Positions 58,541-64,000 of a stretch of 64,000 nucleotides of DNA are shown here, one piece after another. The stretch's first letter is position 1. Every line of letters starts with the position of its first letter. The stretch covers positions 128,001-192,000 of the forward strand of contig CAWBQK010000015.1 of the NCBI GenBank assembly GCA_963791045.1. Direction: 5' to 3'. The DNA is from Candidatus Latescibacterota bacterium (lineage in GTDB: Bacteria; Krumholzibacteriota; Krumholzibacteriia; WVZY01). A model generated the notes under the pieces. That model saw nothing but the letters and a program-made list of their open reading frames with translations. It made no database searches and was not told the origin of the DNA. Both the position numbers and the translations under genes were made by a program.

Positions 58541-61500
58541 AAGCCATTGTAAAGTAGTGACTCCAACCCCGCTCCTGTTTGATCACAACAGGAATAGTGC
58601 CAAAGCCGGTAAGGACGATTTCCACGGGGTCCAGGGCGTACGCGGACGTCCACGTCACCGCCGTCGGGAACATGTAGAACGATCCAAGACTCAAACGAAA
58701 TTCCCCGCCGACCGAGTTCTTGTAGCCCTCGGTCGCAAACCCGGCATCGCTCCACGCATTCCCCGTTTCGAAGAAAACATTGCCGTACAAGTCCCTGAAG
58801 TAGAAATTGAAAAACTGCTTATCCATGTTTCGCCAGATTGGGAAACGGTATGACAGACTCCCGATAACCGCCTTTTTGCCACCGATACTGTAATACGTAT
58901 AACCGCGAATACCGTCACGGCCCCCGGCGTAGGTCCAGAAGAAGTCATCGACGGTCCGGTCAATGATGCTCATATAAAGCCGCACACGGAGGGAGTTCCG
59001 AAGATACGGCAGCCCGATATATTCGCGCCAGTCGAGCGTATAGCGGTTGAAGTTGTTATCCGTGTACACCGGCTTGAACCCGTACTCGAACTCACCGCTG
59101 GAAAAGAGCTTGTCGTACGCGCGCATGTACTCGAATGAAATCTGCCTACCGCCTCGGGGGTTGATGTCCGAATCGACAGCGGCGGCCAGTTGCCGATACT
59201 TCCAGGTGAAATACCACTCGTTTCCGATAAAGTACTTCCAACCGCCTTTGAACGATGTGTAATACTCCTCGTCCCTGTACTCATCCCCTTCGAGATGAAC
59301 GTTGTATTCTCCGTGCGCCCAGTACAGGGAAGCTTCATGGTAATAAAGAAGCGAGTAAAGTTCGGAGAGTTCCAACTTGAGACCAATATCAGCCTGCCAA
59401 AGACTATATTGGGTCTCGTACTCATAATAAGTCGGGGTGATGCTTTCCTCATCGATAATCGTCTGATCGTGGAGCTGACGGAGCACAATGAAGTCGGCGA
59501 ACAGGGTCGGATAAAAGTTCCGTATCTCATACATGATGTAACCATCGTATTCGCCATTGGTCCCCAGCGACCCGCCGGCGAAGAGCGACTGCTTGTCGAG
59601 AATCTCGTTGCTCGTCAGGTTGAGGCCGAATCTGACGTTCCCATCCCACACAACCACCCTTGGATAGAACTGAAACGAACTGTATGTCGACTTGTACGCC
59701 GAGCTCTCCAGCGGGCCGTATTTCGAGCCCGTGGAACTCAAGTGAGAGATCCCGGTCGTGTCCGCCACATCTCCAACCTGTCCCGGCGCGGCGTAGGAGC
59801 CAAAGCCCTCGAACCGCGGCCCACCGGTCCCGCCAACCGTCGCATCGGCAATAAGCGCCTGATCCGTCATCGGCGCATCGGCCACCGCAACACCGGCGCC
59901 GCCGGGGACATCCAATGAGGCGCTCTTCAAGAAAGCGCACTCATCGTAGGGTTTGACCACACGTGTCTCGAACCCCGAGAGGTCGAGTGTTTCGACGGGC
60001 TCGGCATCGGAACGAATGAGACCAATACCATAGCCGTCCCCGCTGTAATGACTGTAGGCGACCGCGCCGTCCTCGGACTCATCGGGCGTGAACGCGCCGC
60101 CGAGAACATTCGTCCTCTGTTCGAAGACGCCTGTCTCGAGATCGAGTTCGTATATATTGAAAATCCCCGTCCGGTCGCAGCTGAAGAGAATCCTCTTCCC
60201 GTCCCGCGACCAGCGCGCGTCCCGCTCATCGTTGGGCGTATCGACCAGATAGTGAAACCCCGAACCGTCGGACGAAATGGCCGCGATGTCGCGTGTGCCT
60301 TCTTTGAATATTCCGAAAAGAATCTGTGTGCCGTCGGGGGAAAACTGCGGGTTGTAAAACTGGGTGCCCATCCCGGCGGTATAAATCTGCTGTTCGTTTT
60401 CTCCGTCGGCGTCGAGGACAACCAGCCGGTGGGTCCCGTCACCGTTCTTGACACCAACGAGTTTGGAGCCGTCAGGAGACAGGTCGGGGTCCCCGATTCG
60501 CGATCCCTTGAGCAGTTCCTTTTCTTTTTTTGTTTCGAAATCGTAAACAAAAATATCGTTGACCACCGAAGCATACTTGTCGACGTCATGTTTCTTCGAG
60601 TAATAGACCTTCGTGCCGTCGCTGGTGAAGGCCGCGCGCGAACTGACCGCGCCTTTTATCGATTTTCCATTTTTTCCGTCGCGATCCATCAGGAAGAGAC
60701 CCGTCACCGCGTAGTCGTTCCCCTTGTTCGACTGGTAGGCGATCTTTTTCCCGTCGGGGCTGAACACCGGCGAGAAATTCATGTACCCCTTCTTCTCACC
60801 CGCATCGACGATTATCCGTCCCTCGGTGATGTTGTCGCGTATATCCTCCGTCTGGATTTCATAACGGTCCTGGAGATACGCCTTCCAATCTTTATAAAGG
60901 TCTTTGCCCTTCTTCCCGATAACATCCTCGAGCGCGCCGTCCATATTGAGACGAAGCGGTTTTTTGAGGGCCTTGGTGATATCGCGAATGGCTTCTGGGC
61001 CGTACTCCCTCGCAATGTAGTTTACGAGCCCAAAACCATGGTCGTACACCTGTTCGCCCTTCATCGACGACTTGCCGAAGAAACCCATTTCGTTGTACGT
61101 GAGCATTTTGTCTTCGAGGACGGCGGAGCGAAGAATCATGTCGCGGTGCGTATCCCAACAATCGTACCTGGTCCCTGGTGTTTGAAACTGCGCCACGCCT
61201 TCGGCGAACCACGGCGGATAGAGAACGGTCAAAAGCGGATACGAGATGATATCCTTGGGGTAACCTTGGAGAACATCCGGCCGCCTCTCCTCTTCGAATG
61301 TAATCATCTGAAAGTATATGGCGGGCAGTCGGCGCGACGTTTTCATCGCCGCCTGGATCGAAACGATGTGTCCGTATTCATGCGTAACAACATTTCGGAG
61401 CCAGTTCGTCGTACCGCGGTATCCGAAGGCGAGATTCGTCGCCCACAGTTCGACCTTGTTGTCGAAGAAGAACGCGGCACCGTTGGCGTAGTCGTCGGTG

Positions 61501-61757
61501 TCCTTTATAATAAAATGAACGGGGAGATCGGGTTCGTAATCGTAGAGTTCGATGAGCGGACCGTGGACTTCTTCGGCAATCATGGCGACTTGCTGCGCGG
61601 TCCACTCGGCGCCCTGGTGGTAATGAACCTCGAAGTGCTCGGTCTTGAGCGTTCTCCATTCGAGGGATGTATTGTTGTAAGCGTGTGCCGGCGACAGCGA
61701 CCACACACAGAGAACCACCAACGCGATAAAGAGAGCGTAAGAGATGTTAGTTCGCAT
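58524..61757 (-). CDS. Outer-membrane protein: gluzincin-like peptidase + PD40/TolB-like propeller + Omp85/BamA-like barrel
   Basis: Signal peptide; W..L.TEHF.VHY, HEYGH..WFAEG; repeated P.FSPDG; GG..IRGY (loop-6-like); amphipathic C-terminal strand. Confidence 0.85.
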   Translation of the reverse strand: MRTNISYALFIALVVLCVWSLSPAHAYNNTSLEWRTLKTEHFEVHYHQGAEWTAQQVAMIAEEVHGPLIELYDYEPDLPVHFIIKDTDDYANGAAFFFDNKVELWATNLAFGYRGTTNWLRNVVTHEYGHIVSIQAAMKTSRRLPAIYFQMITFEEERRPDVLQGYPKDIISYPLLTVLYPPWFAEGVAQFQTPGTRYDCWDTHRDMILRSAVLEDKMLTYNEMGFFGKSSMKGEQVYDHGFGLVNYIAREYGPEAIRDITKALKKPLRLNMDGALEDVIGKKGKDLYKDWKAYLQDRYEIQTEDIRDNITEGRIIVDAGEKKGYMNFSPVFSPDGKKIAYQSNKGNDYAVTGLFLMDRDGKNGKSIKGAVSSRAAFTSDGTKVYYSKKHDVDKYASVVNDIFVYDFETKKEKELLKGSRIGDPDLSPDGSKLVGVKNGDGTHRLVVLDADGENEQQIYTAGMGTQFYNPQFSPDGTQILFGIFKEGTRDIAAISSDGSGFHYLVDTPNDERDARWSRDGKRILFSCDRTGIFNIYELDLETGVFEQRTNVLGGAFTPDESEDGAVAYSHYSGDGYGIGLIRSDAEPVETLDLSGFETRVVKPYDECAFLKSASLDVPGGAGVAVADAPMTDQALIADATVGGTGGPRFEGFGSYAAPGQVGDVADTTGISHLSSTGSKYGPLESSAYKSTYSSFQFYPRVVVWDGNVRFGLNLTSNEILDKQSLFAGGSLGTNGEYDGYIMYEIRNFYPTLFADFIVLRQLHDQTIIDEESITPTYYEYETQYSLWQADIGLKLELSELYSLLYYHEASLYWAHGEYNVHLEGDEYRDEEYYTSFKGGWKYFIGNEWYFTWKYRQLAAAVDSDINPRGGRQISFEYMRAYDKLFSSGEFEYGFKPVYTDNNFNRYTLDWREYIGLPYLRNSLRVRLYMSIIDRTVDDFFWTYAGGRDGIRGYTYYSIGGKKAVIGSLSYRFPIWRNMDKQFFNFYFRDLYGNVFFETGNAWSDAGFATEGYKNSVGGEFRLSLGSFYMFPTAVTWTSAYALDPVEIVLTGFGTIPVVIKQERGWSHYFTMAFAFDL

Positions 61758-61916
61758 CGAGTCCCTCAGGCAAACCAGGGGATACCAGGAGTATCACAAT
61801 TAAGGTCATTCAAATCCAGGGGGTTGGGCGAATCAGGCTGGTGGATCTCTCTCCAGGTCACCACTTCTTTAATAATGATACGCCGCAACTGACTAAATGT
61901 CAATAAGTACAGTCTT

Positions 61917-64000
61917 TCAAATACCCAGCGTACCGGCGGGTTTAGGGTGTTCAAACGGCGTTTGAGCAACCTCGAACATACCGACGGCTCCCGCCGCGAT
62001 ATCCGGCGTCAAAATCGATTTGATCTCTTCTTTTGCCGAGACATAAATTACCTGCCACCCATCCGCGACGATACCCCTGAGAACGTTAATCTGTGTCTCG
62101 AGGCGGCTCTGGTCCGATTTGATAAACGGATCATCGAGGATCAAAAGACCCGCGCCATCGGGAAACAACCGCTCGCCGATCGACAAGCGGATGGCGAAAC
62201 GGAGTTGATCGAGCGCGCCCCCGGAGAGATTCTCCGCCTCGATCGTCTTGCCGTCTCTTTGAATCGCGGTTATCCGTGTCGTTTCGAGATCGAACGTCAC
62301 TTCGGTGTAGCGACCCTCCGTGATCCGGCTGAAATACGATGACACATTGGCATCGGCGCCAAACAGTTCGAGGACTCTCGATTTCTCTTCCGCCTCGATC
62401 TCCTCAAACACTTTGAGCGCGGCGAGAGCGTCCTGCTTGTCGCCCTCGACCATGGAAACAAATGTTTTTAGTTTTTTACGAACACGGACGAGATCTTCCG
62501 CCGTTCGAAGCACTACGTCACCACCGTCCGCAGGCGTCGCGGCGCGAATCCGACCCTCCAGGTCGCGGAGCAGATCCCGCCCCGCATTCAGATTATCCCG
62601 TAGTGTCGCGGCCGCTTCCTTCAACTCGGCGACTTCACATTCGAGTGTCCGTTCCCGCGCCTCGTCGTACGCGAGCGTATCGGCCCCTTCGGGAATTCTG
62701 TTGAAATAGTCCGCGATGATACGGCGCCACTCGCTGGTGTCGGACGCGCCGTCTTCACCTTTGCTTCGGTTGTCACGCGCGCCCGTCAACTCCGACAGCA
62801 GCGCAACTTTAGATTTTCTATCGCCAATAATCCCGGTTCTTTTCTTGATCGCGCCGGCCATCTCATCCACCGTGCCCATGCCCGACCTCCGCCGAACCTC
62901 TTCGACGATCCCCTCTTGCCTCCGGATTTCCCCGCGGATCTTTTCGGCGCGCGACGCGCACGACTCCATTTCTTTTTCCCCGGCGATGCACGATCCCGAT
63001 GTCTGTTCGAGCTCCTTCTGCGCTCCCTGAAGATCTTCGTCGAGCACGTGTCTGTGTTGGCCGACCGAGGTCACCGCGGCGGCCTCGACCCCAAGCTTCG
63101 AAGCGGTGAGCCGGATACTCTCCTCGAGTTCGGCCAATTTTGAAACCGTCTGTCTCCCCGCGATCAATCGCCACCCAAAAAAGATCATTGAGAGGAACAA
63201 TACGAGCGCCATCGGACCGTAATAAACAGTCGAGTCAACAATGGCGGCAACGAGGGAAAATGCGAGCAGCACAGAGGAGATCACCAGGCCCGACAACCAA
63301 ACCTTCCGACGCGGCTTCATTTCCGCGGACTGCAGAGCAAGCTTCTCGTGTTCGTCAAGAATCGGCGCGAGCCGTTCATCGAAAGCGGTCACACGATTTT
63401 TGAGTTGGTCAACCCGGCGCCGCATTTCCGATTGCCTATCGTCGAGAACCGACGATTGTTCCCTGAGTCTCGCTGCATCCTGCTTTTGCTCTTCGCTATC
63501 CGCGAGGAGCCTCTTGAGATCATGCTCGGCTCGCTTCCAGTTATCGAGATCCTCCACGCGCAGATGCCGGCATGCCTCGATCTCGCGCTCGATGGCCTCC
63601 AGGGCCTCGAGGTGCCCCCGCGCCACCTCGAACCGTTTGTGTGTTTTCGCCTTCCCGAGAAGCGCAAGCTCTTCCGACGAGGCACCGAGTTTCGTTTCGC
63701 GGTCGAACAAGGCGCGCTCGAGGGTGTCGAAATCCTGCCGTCTGAGCGTATCATGAGCGGCGTCGATGTCATGAAGGCACTGGACCGCCAACTTGACTCT
63801 TTGTCCGATGTGGTCGGTATCCGCGCTGCTGGCAAGTCCCGCGCTTGAACTCGAGTTCGTCAGCTTCCCCTTTTTTTGGAGCGCTTTCTTTATATTGAGA
63901 ATTCTTGACGATTGAAGACCGGCAAGCTTTTCGGAAATCCTCGTAAAATGATCACCGGGCGCATCGATACTCAGATCGCTGTCCCTCACGACAAATATGT
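61917..64000 (-). CDS. YhaN/Rad50-like coiled-coil ABC ATPase (C-terminal part; gene begins past the right edge)
   Basis: The frame stays open to the edge. Long coiled coil with a central hydrophobic hairpin, signature LSGGALDQL and Walker B LILDDPF. Confidence 0.85.
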   Translation of the reverse strand, partial: IFVVRDSDLSIDAPGDHFTRISEKLAGLQSSRILNIKKALQKKGKLTNSSSSAGLASSADTDHIGQRVKLAVQCLHDIDAAHDTLRRQDFDTLERALFDRETKLGASSEELALLGKAKTHKRFEVARGHLEALEAIEREIEACRHLRVEDLDNWKRAEHDLKRLLADSEEQKQDAARLREQSSVLDDRQSEMRRRVDQLKNRVTAFDERLAPILDEHEKLALQSAEMKPRRKVWLSGLVISSVLLAFSLVAAIVDSTVYYGPMALVLFLSMIFFGWRLIAGRQTVSKLAELEESIRLTASKLGVEAAAVTSVGQHRHVLDEDLQGAQKELEQTSGSCIAGEKEMESCASRAEKIRGEIRRQEGIVEEVRRRSGMGTVDEMAGAIKKRTGIIGDRKSKVALLSELTGARDNRSKGEDGASDTSEWRRIIADYFNRIPEGADTLAYDEARERTLECEVAELKEAAATLRDNLNAGRDLLRDLEGRIRAATPADGGDVVLRTAEDLVRVRKKLKTFVSMVEGDKQDALAALKVFEEIEAEEKSRVLELFGADANVSSYFSRITEGRYTEVTFDLETTRITAIQRDGKTIEAENLSGGALDQLRFAIRLSIGERLFPDGAGLLILDDPFIKSDQSRLETQINVLRGIVADGWQVIYVSAKEEIKSILTPDIAAGAVGMFEVAQTPFEHPKPAGTLGI

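Noticed and set aside
60048-61892. Long antisense ORFs (for example 60048-61892 +, 22528-24006 +, 25729-27159 +, 16541-17818 +, 20200-21549 +)
   Set aside because: They mirror well-supported genes on the opposite strand and carry no motifs. Such shadow ORFs are expected with GC-rich codon usage.

Overview
A mostly core-genome, ~55-60% GC bacterial window from a diderm, LPS-making organism. The gene content (SprA/Sov, a GWxTD protein, long LptF, peptidase-PD40-Omp85, rpoN-hprK-mannose PTS-metK synteny) suggests an FCB-affiliated lineage such as Krumholzibacteriota/Latescibacterota; this placement is inference only. From left to right: the 5' part of a SprA/Sov-like T9SS translocon gene (absent from the ORF track) divergent from lptF-lptG-GWxTD. 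A long minus-strand run follows, which in transcription order is asd, ecfT, truA, htrA, purB-purL-purQ-tandem purS-purF pseudogene, DUF2344, rng, rplU-rpmA, kdsB-pyrG-kdsA-kdsD, lpxL-lptC-lptB-rpoN-hpf-hprK, mannose-family PTS, ptsH-ptsI, pgi/pmi, nucleotidyltransferase and metK. Next come a stand-alone HNH endonuclease gene whose flanks show a mirror-image strand-composition skew, a HEAT-cyclophilin, transport and housekeeping genes, two atypical sigma54 activators, several lipoproteins and metallopeptidases, a peptidase-propeller-Omp85 protein and the 3' part of a YhaN/Rad50-like ATPase gene. Four good sigma54 -24/-12 boxes, a 23-bp perfect inverted-repeat element, an 81-bp tandem repeat and single-base frameshifts in lptB and asd are visible. 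No rRNA, tRNA or CRISPR array was recognised. All calls come from motif recognition by eye, without database searches.
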